Below, piece after piece: positions 22,332 through 34,043 of a stretch of 64,000 nucleotides of DNA. Origin of the DNA: Trypanosoma brucei (Eukaryota); NCBI GenBank assembly GCA_000002445.1, contig CM000207.1, positions 2,656,001 to 2,720,000 on the forward strand, in the 5' to 3' direction. How positions within the stretch are numbered: position 1 is the stretch's first letter; each line of letters begins with the position of its first letter. A model generated the notes under the pieces. The model saw only the letters and a list, made by a program, of their open reading frames with translations, was not told the DNA's origin and made no database searches. A program made the translations under genes and the position numbers.

Positions 22332-23840
22332 ATGAACACTCACGCGGTAATCGCTCTAGTGGCAGTAGCGGTAGCCGAAACACGCGCGACACCCGATGCA
22401 ACAGCCTGTACCACAAACTGCTGCTGCTGGGAAAGACTTGAAAAACAAATAGACGTCTACAGAGGCGATTACTCAGCAGCCGAAGAAAACCTAGAAGAAA
22501 ACAAAAAGAACTTCGGAAAAATCATCGCAGCAACTGTACTAGGCAGCGAAGACCTAAAAGCGAAGCTAGCACCAGTACTGCTATCGGCGGCAGAGATCAT
22601 CAAGGAAAGCGAGGAAGAGTTAGCAAAAGCAAGTCCTGCTACGGCAGCTGCCAAAGCACAAATCGCGGAGCTACGGACAATGTACCTCGTCCAGCAGCAA
22701 CGTCTAGCAACAGGATGTGGAGAGATTAAAATCCACGTGCAAGACGACAACTTCATCAACACCGAAAAATAAGTAACAAAGGCTAGCCTAGGGACCATCG
22801 CGAAAAATAGTTGCGAAGGTGACCTTAAAAGCCTGGACGCCCAACCTATAGACAATACAAACATCGACGAAGAGCAACCCACGCCCAAAATAATAACCCA
22901 CGTACATGTCGAGGCGCGGTGTCAACGCGACGGCACGGGCACCAACGAATGCCACGACGGCCAGCTAGGGGGCGGCGGACAGCTGGAGTTCGCACTAAAA
23001 TACGACGACAAAACAACAAAAGACATAACAACATGGGTCACCGGGACAAGCACAGCGAAACAGATATCGGCCACGGCGGTAGACTTCATCGGCAACCTAA
23101 ATACAGAAGTCAATACGGCGATAAAAGGATTAAAAAACACCAATCCAGCACCCGCATGCACCAAAAAAATTCGCGACTACGCCACCATCGCAGAGAACAG
23201 CAAATTCAATTTGATGGTAACAAAAGCGCTTATCGGCAAAACAGAAGCGGAAGAGGGCCAAGAGTCAAAAGACCCAGAATTAGCGACAGCAATAACAAAA
23301 TACTACGGTACCGAAGGCACAAAATTTGAGGAGCAACTTTGGAAGGCAATTGAAAGAACGCCAGCTTACTTCGGAAATCAGAAAAAAGAGCAAATCGCAA
23401 AAATAGAAAACCTAGAAACACTAACAGCAGTCGGTGAAGCCACAGCTAGAGGCCTCGTCAAACAAATAGCTGCCGAAGCACAAGCACGAAAAGCGGCTTC
23501 TGGTGACAATCAATCGGCAGAAAAACAATGCAGTGGAAAAAAGGGAACTGAATGCACAGGAGATTGCGAATGGGATAAGGAAAAAGAGACTTGCACGCAC
23601 AAAAAGAAAGGGAAGGTAGAAATCAAACCAGGAGCAGCTTCAGAAAACAAATGCTCTGCCACACAGACCCCTGAGGATTGCACCAAAATAAGTGGAACAA
23701 CTCCAACAGGAAAGAAAGCCTTTTGTGAATGGATTACTTATGTCGAAGACACTGGTCCAGTAACTCCTGGATGCCGCTCTTCCAGTTTTCCTGTAACTAA
23801 GAAAATTTATCTGATGGCTGCTGCTATTGTGAGTTTGTAG
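22332..23840 (+). pseudogene. VSG pseudogene (frameshifted); signal peptide, Cys-rich C-terminal domain and GPI signal present
   Basis: ORF 22332..22772 MNTHAVIALVAVAVAETRA... ORF 23211..23840 ends ...CSGKKGTECTGDCEWDKEKETCTHKK...FCEWITYVEDTGPVTPGCRSSSFPVTKKIYLMAAAIVSL*. The middle part is in other frames. Confidence 0.8.
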
Positions 23841-24139
23841 TATATTAAGGATTCTAAAATTCTAAGGATCTTTGATCAATTTTTTGAAACTTTATGAAGT
23901 TCTATTTTTTTTAGGAGGAGTTGGTAAAGTTTTATAAAATTATATATATATATATATATATATTAATACTTTTATAAAACCTTTGCGAAATATACAAATT
24001 TTGATATTACGATATTTTGGTGTGAAAGTCGCTAATGTATAAAAAGTAGCACAGTGATGGGGTTAAAAAATATATAAGATTCTAATTTTATTTATTCTGT
24101 TTATTTTATTAATTTTGAAATACTGGTTAGGTTAATCGC

Positions 24140-24185
24140 AATAACAATAATAATGATAGGAGAGTGTTGTGAGTGTGTGGAACCT
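24140..24185 (+). repeat. 70-bp repeat (single copy)
   Basis: AATAACAATAATAATGATAGGAGAGTGTTGTGAGTGTGTGG. Confidence 0.7.
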
Positions 24186-25019
24186 TTTTTTATAACGCAA
24201 ATAGTGGGGAAGATCAAATTAACTGCCATGGTGGAAAATATAAAACAATGGAAAGGGTTGAAATGGTAGTTAGTGAGCAACTGGATAAGAGAAAGTTAGA
24301 GGAGTATTAGTAGAGGAAGATCAAAAGTCAAAGACAGAGACATATAGATAACAAAAATAGAATGTGGTTAATTTTAAATGAAAACATTACGAGTGGCTTC
24401 ATCATTATACACAAGGACGTGGTGGAGGGGAGAATAATGGAGAGACAGAGTTTCATGTCCAAAGCATATGGAGCCGCTAGGTTATCCACAGCAATGATAT
24501 AAGTAGTTTATAAGGTCGCTCTGATGGGAAGATTATGACGAAAACAGATGGTGTGAAGTTTCAGCAAACGAAACTACAAAAATACTTAGTATAGCGAACC
24601 AAGTAGCGCACCTAGATGAGAAACGTCTCTTGGAAATGCATAGAGACGGACTGTGTATGCACGAACTGCACTGTATGGGGTTGAGGCTACATTCTAAAAC
24701 AGAAATTGTCGATGTGTGCTCAAAGATACGTTTCATAACATAACCATACATCATTTAATATCTAAATCATAAAAATATAAAGGCATTATCAATATATGTA
24801 AACATGTTAGTGTCCCACTACTCTATTTTCATAGCTTTTTAATGCATTTCTCATAATGTTCCATATTTTCAAAGCTAAATTACTTCCAAAAACTTGGACT
24901 CTTGAATGTTTTACTGCTTCGATTGTTGTCATTAGATTTCCTTTTTCCAAGCTTAATATCTCTTCAATATTATACAGAGGTAAACATAACAGAAAATGAA
25001 CGTAAGAACGCAACAGTTT

Positions 25020-25260
25020 TTGTAGTTATAGTTCAAAACTCATGCAACACAAGGATGGTGTAGGCTCATATTGAGTGACAAACTAAGCCATGTTGAAATT
25101 ATTACAATTGCTATGGGAGGTTTGTATAGTCATGTAAAAAGACCTAGATGAGTTATGGAATTTTTAGAAAAACAGAATGTAAGTGATGAGGATATTGTAA
25201 TCCATTTAGACGGATGTGATGTTATAGTTTCTGATGGAAAGAGAAGTATGAGAGTGCAGT
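25020..25260 (+). pseudogene. Fragment of a glycosyltransferase pseudogene (GT31/beta-1,3-GalT-like family common in trypanosome VSG arrays). Plus-strand copy of the segment also present at 60107-60331 (minus).
   Basis: 25028-25160 is the reverse complement of 60140-60250 and translates ...QTHATQGWCRLILSDKLSHVEIITIAMGGLYSHVKRPRWVMEF... Confidence 0.55.
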
Positions 25261-26221
25261 AAATATTTTATACAAAATACTGCGGAAAATGAAGATAAAT
25301 TTAGTGAGGAGGGTGTCGTCAAAGAGTCAGCTAAGAGATGTTATTGGTTCTTTAATGTTTGGCAGAGAAAGACAAGAAGAAGATAAAAATTGCGTCTTTT
25401 TCTTAAAATACCTCCTAGTGGGAAACACTACCTTAGTGGTGATTTGATAGCAAGAGTTTGGGCATTTAGGAAAGTTGAATATACATATGGAGAGTTGCTT
25501 AAAGGAAATGGAGTGATGAATAGTGTTCTGAGCAGAGTATCCACAAACCTTTGTTAACTTGAAGTGTCACATAGGAAGAAGCTATTGGACAGATATTTGT
25601 TTTGAAGAGAGGAATGATTGGGTTAGATTATGAGGAGAGATTCTTTTCTACTCCAATTAGTGGTGAAATTGGGAAGGTTCCATTTATTCATTTTCCTGGA
25701 TAGCCCATTGCACAGGAAGTTAAGGAAAGATGATTTTTAAATGTCTTAGTTTGTACAAGAAGTTGAAATGAAGTTTGGTACGAAGGATATTGGAAAAATT
25801 AAGACTTTTACTATAAATGAAGGAAGATTTAATTTCAATATAGAGCTATCTGTGGTGAAGTGTCTCAAACAGGTATTTTTAAAGCAAAGAAGCCTTGAAG
25901 AAAAGCGTCACTGCACCAGAAAAGCTGACTGTAGAGGCCAGGAAGCTTGCAGCAATACAAACGAACACCACAACTTATAGAATCTCAATAAATAGGCGCG
26001 ACAAGAGGCCTACCTCGTCGGAACCGCAATAACAAGTTAAAGACAGTGTGGATAGCAGTCACGAAACCAGCAGAAATTTTCTCACTAGCTCAAAACCCGG
26101 CATCAGATCCCAAAAATCTCAATATTAACCTTACGAACTGCGTCCCCATTCTGTCCAACAGCATAAAACCAATGTTACAGCACTGTTCCAACTGATGAAA
26201 GGCGCACTGTAAGGCTTTGAA

Positions 26222-27533
26222 GTGCCGCAACTAAACCTAAGTGATCAAGAAATAAAGGCGTTAACAGACATCAGCGTCGTGAACGCACTAGCATACGCCA
26301 ATGCCACAGAGATCGACAAAAAGCTAAAGGAACTTCGCCCAAAGCAGACAACCCGGACAACTAAGCTTCCGGAAACAAAAAGAGCGGTGGAAGCAGCAGC
26401 GCATATTAACAAATTTTTTGAAGTGTCTGTAGCCGTGAAAAATGCGATCGATCAAAAATAGAGAAGTCAAAGAACGCACTAGTGAATTTCAATGCAAAGT
26501 TTCTATCAGATGTAACAGGGAGGGGAAAAAGACCGGACTATCGGCGACGCCTGAAACTTCATGGCGCTATCAAAGTCCAACGCAGTGATCGTTCCATAAC
26601 CTTCTATGGCCATAAATTTAATGAAACAGGTGCTTGAAGCAGGAGAAGAGGCTACAACGTAAGGAAGCCGCTAATCGACGACCTGAGTTTCCTCTGCTCA
26701 CGCGACCCAACATGGAAAAAAAACTATGGGAACACACATACAACGGCATAACAGCAGGATTCGAAGCCTACTTCAACCCATCAGGCGTGCTAAAGACAGC
26801 TTATAAAACATTCATAAAACTCCTTTTCATACAATCAGCAAATCGACGCCTTCAACTCTATCCGCGGCATTAGTTTCTGTCAGAAACAACATCGCTTGTC
26901 AGCAGAGGGACTGCGACAAAGGAGGAAAAACAGGCTTGGTCATCATGGGTTATGCAGCAAACTCAGGAACTGGCTGCACCGGTGCCAGCAGCCAGGCGTG
27001 CGTCAACTACAAACTCCAGCTGAGCACGGGAGGAAAATGAATCCCGTGGGAAACCAAGATTCTTGAAGAAATTAAAACTGCAGAAATGGCACTGGAATCA
27101 ACCGAAGTGGAAGCCGGTCAAGTACAGCTCCTGCACATCAACTTTGCAACATGACAAATCTACGATAGCGAACTCGCTCCAAACTCGAGCAACACACAAT
27201 CCAAATCGAACAAACAAATAGAAAGATTAGATCCCAACAGAGCAGCAGGTCGCAAACAGTGCAAGCCAAAAAGACATGTAAAGCAAAGAATATCCAACGG
27301 AAAGAAAAGAGCAAGTGACACAGAGGGTGCAAGCGAAGCTAAAGCAGAAGAGGAGCAGAAAAAATATGCAGATGGAGCTGCGGGCAAGCAACAGATAAAT
27401 GCAGAGGGAAACCACAAAGCGAGTGCATCTATCCGTATTGTAAATGTAAATGTGAAACTTGCAAGGATTTCAGTTTTCTTGCAAATTAAAAGCTTTCTCT
27501 AATTGCTTCTGCCTTTGTGGAGTTGATATTTTA
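26222..27533 (+). pseudogene. Degenerate VSG pseudogene (multiple frameshifts; C-terminal tail interrupted by a stop)
   Basis: ORF 26222..26461 is helical N-terminal-domain-like. 27440-27533 reads CKCKCETCKDFSFLAN*KLSLIASAFVELIF* (GPI-signal remnant). 3'UTR-like sequence with GTTTTAACAC at ~27615. Followed by a 70-bp repeat. Confidence 0.6.
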
Positions 27534-27769
27534 AGAATTTTGAGAAACATTTATGTAATTTGTTAGTATAAGAAATTTCTAAGTTTTCATAAATTTTAAC
27601 ATTTTTTCATGGAAATGTTTTAACACATTTCAGAAAATTTCGTATATGTAAAATTTGCATGGTAATGGCATATGGATGCAAATGAGTGTGATGAAAATGT
27701 ATGAAAAATAAGAGCTATTATAAAATTTTTAAGTGCGGTTTATTTTCAAATTTATAGATATTAGTCAAG

Positions 27770-27865
27770 GTGATGATATTATTAATAATAATGATTATGA
27801 TTATGATAGGAGAGGGTGGTGAGTGTGTATATACGAATATTATAATAATAGTGGTAGTGTAGGCT
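27770..27865 (+). repeat. 70-bp repeat
   Basis: ATTAATAATAATGATTATGATTATGATAGGAGAGGGTGGTGAGTGTGTATATACGAATATTATAATAATAGTGGTAG. Confidence 0.8.
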
Positions 27866-29586
27866 AAATGACATTCTATAAGATGCACTTGAAACAACGT
27901 CCCAGGGTGTAATGGCAGTAAGTTGGTGATACAGTGAGGAAGAAAGTGTAATAGTATTAGGTGAAACGCCGAAATACAAAAAGGGATATGATGAAGGAGA
28001 TAGAATATGTACAGTTACATGCACAAAAATTATGATGAGCATCATCATACACAATGAGATTAAGGAGCGACAGAGTGGAATGTATACATGCCATAAGGAG
28101 CGGGGATGTTATCCCAAGGTGTGTGAAAGAAAACGGAAGACAAGGAAAGAAAAAACTAAGTAAAAAGACAGTAGACATGAGAGTTCAGAACTAAGAAGAT
28201 AATACATGAGGATGAACCTATGATGGCCCACATTTCACACAGAAATGGATAGATGTTGCCACAAAAATGGTGGTGAATGGAAATTTAAGCTGATGTCAGA
28301 TCCTAATGTACGGTTGTGAAAAAATCAATAAATGGAGAAGGAGAAAGAGAATATGTAAGTGTCAGGTAATTTTGAAGAAATGTTTTCATCATATATAATA
28401 GTAAGCACTAAAATTTGTGGGAAAAAATATAATTATATCGGAAAGAAGAATGTTGAAACCAGTAATTATAATCGATTACCGTTGAAAAACAAAAAAGTAG
28501 AATAAAGACGCGTAAACTGATTAAAGTAGCGCATGTATGAATCTTCTGGAAAGGTTTATAAAGTAGATATAGTTGGTATAGAAACTACACTATTTCCATG
28601 CTACAGGTCCAAAGATTAACCTGCATAAAATGTTTGTTCGCTAAATACTAAGTTCAAAACTGAACCCCATTTAATAACTAGAATAAAGGTTTCGAAGAAG
28701 CCAATGTAGTTGTAAAATTGACTATAATACCACTTGCACAATCAGCCTCGAAACAGTCGTTGTTCGAAGAAATCCTAGCCTAGACCGCGGACGGGGACTA
28801 TGCGCAGACGTTACATTATTAATGAATTTAAAAGTAAAAAGCCAAATTTACGGACAAATACACTACAGTAGAAACCATAAGATTTAAATAACTAAGTTAA
28901 TATATAAGAATCAGGTTTTATAGCAGAAACGAATTAGAGTTATTCAGCAATAGAAACAGTAGATATAGATGCGGAGTGAAACACATTGCAATGGAAAGTA
29001 GAAAAATTGCTATTAAACTGCGTGTTTTTAACAGAATTCTCACCCATTGAAACACAATCAACGTAGCTCTCAAATGGTAAAGACTGAATTCTTGAGTAAA
29101 GGAAATAGGTGACCGAGGAAAGGAAGGTTAAAAAGAATCAGAGAAGAATTTTAAAAACTGATGATTAAAAATAAACAGAAATTTCTATCAAAAATTTCTT
29201 CTTTAGAAGAAAAGCAATGACAATAGCTAGTAAAGTCAGACAAAAAACATACAACATTCTACGACAATACACGAACCTGAAATTGAAACTGACAAGAAAA
29301 AGTCAAAGGTGCACAAGGCAGACAGAGGTCAGTTTTCCCGACAATAGATTGAGTGAGATATTCAAGATACAGTATCCAGCAAGCGGCACACTCAGCCAGC
29401 AAACAAGACCTGAAGAAGTGGCTCCACGAACATATCAGGTGCCTCCAAAAAGCGTTCGATGTCTGCCCTACCTTTTGATTCACACTGGAAAACTGTTGTT
29501 TTAAGAAAAACACAGCGAAAACATCAAAACTTGCACTATATCCATAGTTCATTTTTTAATTCATTTACCATCCAGCTGAAGGTTAA

Positions 29587-31098
29587 GTGATGCCCGGCAG
29601 GAAAGTCTCTATAACCAGAAAAAGTCTGATGTCCGCTGTTGCAGCACTACTGACGCTAGTGTATGCCACAACACAAGCATCACCGGCGCCCATAACCGAG
29701 GCTGACACTGGACAAGCACAGATAACAGACGTCTGCAAGGAGGCGTTTTATTTGTCTGAGCTGCGAAAAAAACTCGCGGGAGGTGTCAGAAGAAGACGAA
29801 CACAAAGACAGAAATTACTGAAGCTAAAGAGGAAGTATAGGCTTGTGGCGACCCTTGCAACCCAAGCCAACGACAGGTGTCTTTACGCCGCTTTAGCTGC
29901 CAAGCTTGAGGGGCAAGCAGAGTCGGTACAGCAACAGGCCGACAAGGCCGACGATACAGCAACCACGGCCGTGGAACTAATTGCCGAACATGTAGGCAAA
30001 CTCAAGTACGCGCAAAAACTACCGAAAACAAAGACAGCCGTAGACGGCAACGGCTACAGCCGAGCGAGCAGCGGTGGCAATATTCACCTAGAGTTAACTC
30101 GGGAGTCAAGCGACAACGGGGGCTGCAAAGAAATTGACAGCTGGGGAAAATTCAGCAGTGAACATTCTGCAATAAACGCACCCAAGTTAACAGAAATTAA
30201 AATTACGTCAAACACTAACCTCACGACAAAAATATTCAAAGACAAAATAACCATTGGCGGGTTCAGTACATGCACAGGATCCGCAGTAGCAAAAACAGGG
30301 ACGTTCTAGAATGTACTAAACAGCTGCACGGTGCCACATAGCGAAACATTAACCTATGCGCGTAACAGCCCAGACTACTCTTACAGCACAAGCACAGCAG
30401 CATTCTACACAAATCATGACCCTGAGCAAGGTTGCAAAGATGCGACAGAAGTTGCTAAACCCGGAGCAGCTAACGACATCAAACTCCGCTATGCAGTATG
30501 CGAAGCGCTCGAAACTATACAAACAGACGGGGGCAAGGTGCCACCCTTAAATGGCAAAACACTGAAAGGCGACAAACTAGTAACAAATATACTAAGAAAC
30601 TGCTTACCTGCATACCGAGCAGTAGGTAAGCCGTGAGACTTAGTCGAAGCGAAGAATTTAAACGTTTTATAGAAGCAGCATATGGGCAGACGACGGGAAA
30701 TTCAAAGAGATTTTCGATACCCCACTCGACTCACGACAGATAACCGTCAAACTGAGTGACAAAACCGAAGACAAAGAACTAACTGCACTAGCTACATCTA
30801 GCGAATGCAACGAAGCGACTAGCCATAGCACTGGACAGCGGAACAAAAAAGAAGTTGAAACATCAAAGAAACAACCTGCCGGTGCACCAGTTGCTTCCAA
30901 AGAATCAGAAGAAATATGCAAGGACAAGGCACAAAAGGAGTGCAAAGAGGAAGATGGGTGCGTATTCAAGGAAGGAAAGTGCAAAGCTAAAGTAACCACA
31001 ACAACAGGGTCGACAGGAAACACCACAGGAAGAAGTTTCGTTCTAACAAAGAAGTCCCCTCTTTTGCTTGCATTCTCCCTCGCATTATTAAATTTCTA
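29587..31098 (+). pseudogene. VSG pseudogene (frameshifts and stops); signal peptide and GPI-signal tail recognisable
   Basis: ORF 29587..30309 MMPGRKVSITRKSLMSAVAALLTLVYATTQA... ORF 30331..30636 follows. Other frames over 30700-31098 give ...EEICKDKAQKECKEEDGCVFKEGKCKAKVTTTTGSTGNTTGRSFVLTKKSPLLLAFSLALLNF*. Variant 16-mer TTTGATATATTATAAC at ~31175. Confidence 0.8.
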
Positions 31099-31349
31099 AA
31101 AGATTATGCTCAATTTTATGAAAATTATGAAACTTTCTATTGTGAGAGAATTTGATAAGATTTGATATATTATAACTCTTTTCGATTAAAATTTGTAAAC
31201 TGTTCAAACATTCAAATATTTTGAAAACATAAAAATTGAGCAAATTTAATATGAAAGCGACTTATCGGTGTAAAGCAATAGAGTGATAGGGTTTGAAAAA
31301 TTATTGATATCCTCATTTGGTTTATTTGTTTATTTTATTAATATTGTTT

Positions 31350-31435
31350 TATGACGATGGTAATAATAACAATAATAATAGGAATGTGTTGTGAGTGTGT
31401 GTATACGAATATTATAATGAGAGTAGTGGTGAAGA
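31350..31435 (+). repeat. 70-bp repeat
   Basis: GATGGTAATAATAACAATAATAATAGGAATGTGTTGTGAGTGTGTGTATACGAATATTATAATGAGAGTAGTGGTG. Confidence 0.8.
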
Positions 31436-32345
31436 GAAAATTGATGAACAAACACAAGCACTTACAGAAATTACAAGGACGAAATGAGAGTAAGTAAGTT
31501 AGTATGAGAGTGTGTGAGGGCACGAGTAATATTATTATTAAAGGGAAGCAAAAACATAGAGAGGAAAAAGGAGATCGAATGTACGCAACTTAAGACACAA
31601 ATATGATAATAGTCATTATCATACACAAGAAGGCGATGAAAGGGCTATCATGTATAAACCAGAGTGCAGTGTACAGGGAAAATGGACTCTCCACATTATC
31701 TTAAGTGAAAGAAGTAGCAATAAAAGTAAAAAATTGAACGAAAATAACAGTATGTAATAAGATAATATGCGACAACGAAGCGAACCACAAAAGGAAATGA
31801 TGCGTCATTATGAGAAGTAGTAGCTCGTTATGATCAGTATAGTACTCAAAAATGAAGATATAATACTGCAAAAATGATAATAGAGACGGTGTTTTTTTTC
31901 TTAATGGCGGGACCCTATGTTAGGAACTAAGGTCAGTTGACAATACTGATTAATAGAATAAATAAAATTTATTTGGGATAAGAAGTGGTTGAATTCCGAA
32001 AAAATTGAAATGGAGGATTTTTTAAAATAACCTTGAAGTTATATAAAAATTATACAGATGCTTCAAACATAGATCTATATGCTTGATAGGTTGTAACTGG
32101 CCGCAACGAAAAATAAGGCGTAGTCAGGGCCGACGGACAACAGAAAATCGACAAATCCGAACACGACATAACGGTTTAGAGGCTGTCTGCGTCAAAGGAG
32201 AAGCGCTGCCGATGCACAAAGGCCATAGCGGTCAGCCGAGAAATGCTATAGTTAAAAAACCAACATAAGCAGCACATTAAAATCAACCTAGCCATTTACA
32301 AACAAAGATCCCTAAACAAAGCAAAGCACACGTAAGTAAGCGACA

Positions 32346-33730
32346 ATGCGGTGGATCGGCATTTCCCTCGTCTTTGTCATAATTGCAACAGCAGATTTCG
32401 GCGGCTCAACAACGGGGGACGCAGCCCAAGACAAACTTGAGACAGCATGCCAGGAGGCAGCATTCGCCGCAGAAGTGGCACATACCTACGAAGCAAGGGC
32501 AGTTGAGGCGGAAAGTGCTTGTCAGCAAATCGTGAAGCAGGCACTTATTTGGAACTTAGCGGCACAAACAGAAATAAAACACGAAAGAAGCGTCTTACTA
32601 GCAGCACTTTCTGCATCAGCGACGGCACTCGCCTCCGAAGCAGAGAAACAAGAAAAAGAAAAGGCAGAAAAACTACAAAAAGCAGCACAGGCATTCGCCC
32701 GGCGAGCGGAGGCTTTACAAACGGCGTATAAAATGGCTGCAACAACTTACGCAGCAAACAGCAACCCTTTCACAGCTCCAGCGAACACCGGCTACACGAT
32801 AACGAGCGGCGCAGCCAACGAACGATAAAGTACGTGCGGCGACGAGGCGAAGAAAGGTGACGGTAAGAACCGAGGCCCAAAGCGTTTGCGACCGCCGCAC
32901 TGAAGAAACTGAAGATAACAAAAAACTCCGACATCCACAAACTACTAAAACAGCGTCCGTCAGCGTTACATCATCAAACAGCAACTGCGACACGGCCAAT
33001 TCGGCAACGAGCAGCATAAAGTCATGCACCGGAAACATAGGAGGCGGCACTGCGTTTAAACTGGCGAAACAAAAAGGCCCGCAGCCAACCAAGAGCAGCA
33101 TCTTCTAGTCAGAGGACCGCAGGAATGGATGCAAAAAAAAGCTGGAAACTGACGTCGACAAAAAAGACCCAACAAAAGTTTTTCTAAACACGATATGCTT
33201 GTCGGAACTACATGCAACCAAGGACCTGCCCAAGCTAGTCGACATCAATCCAAGCTCACTGGCAGCAGACGACAGCGTGATAACAGCAATCCGAAACGCC
33301 AATACAGCGTTCAGTAACATCAAAGACGTCAGCGATGGCGCGAAAAACAGCGAGTTAGTCGAATATGTAACCAAGGCCTACGGTGAAACGCTTGAAAAAT
33401 TTACAGACGAGTTTATCACAAAGATGAACAAGTAACATTTAAAGTATGGAGCTTCTAAAGAGAAGGCAACCAGTACCCTTGAGGAATTAGCAACAAAAAA
33501 AGAAGCAGGAACAGCAATAAGTTTTTATCATGAACAGCAGCAAAGAAACAAAACAGAAGATTCAACTAAGGAAAAAGAAGCAACAGACAAAACAGGAGAA
33601 AAGAAAGACGGGAATAGTAAAGCCAAAGTTGTAAATTGCACAAGTCATGCCAATCACAATGTGTGATCAAAGGAACAGAATTGTAAATGAGAAAATAATG
33701 CTTAAAAAAATTCAAGTTTCCTTGCAAATT
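32346..33730 (+). pseudogene. VSG pseudogene (frameshifted; degenerate C-terminal tail)
   Basis: ORF 32346..32828 MRWIGISLVFVIIATADFGG... (signal plus helical N-terminal domain). ORFs 32857..33108 and 33199..33435 in other frames. Tail ~33700 reads KFKFPCKLN (degenerate). 3'UTR-like sequence at 33730-33900. Confidence 0.7.
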
Positions 33731-34043
33731 AAATTTTAATATGATTGCTGCTGATTTTGTGAGATTTCTATTATCAGGAATTTTGCTCAATTTCACAAAA
33801 TTTGCCATTAACGGAGATTTATCTATATTTGGTAAAATATGAAATATTTTAAAAACCATTTAATAAAATGCATAAACTACATAAATTAATAAAAATTTTA
33901 CGTATAACATTTTGTTATGAAAGTGGAATATTTTTTCAAAGTAATGGGCAAATAGGGTATGAAAATGAATCATATTAATAAACTGTTCGAATTATGTTAA
34001 CTAGTAATAGTAAGAATGCCTTCCGCATGTCTGGCACCTCAAC

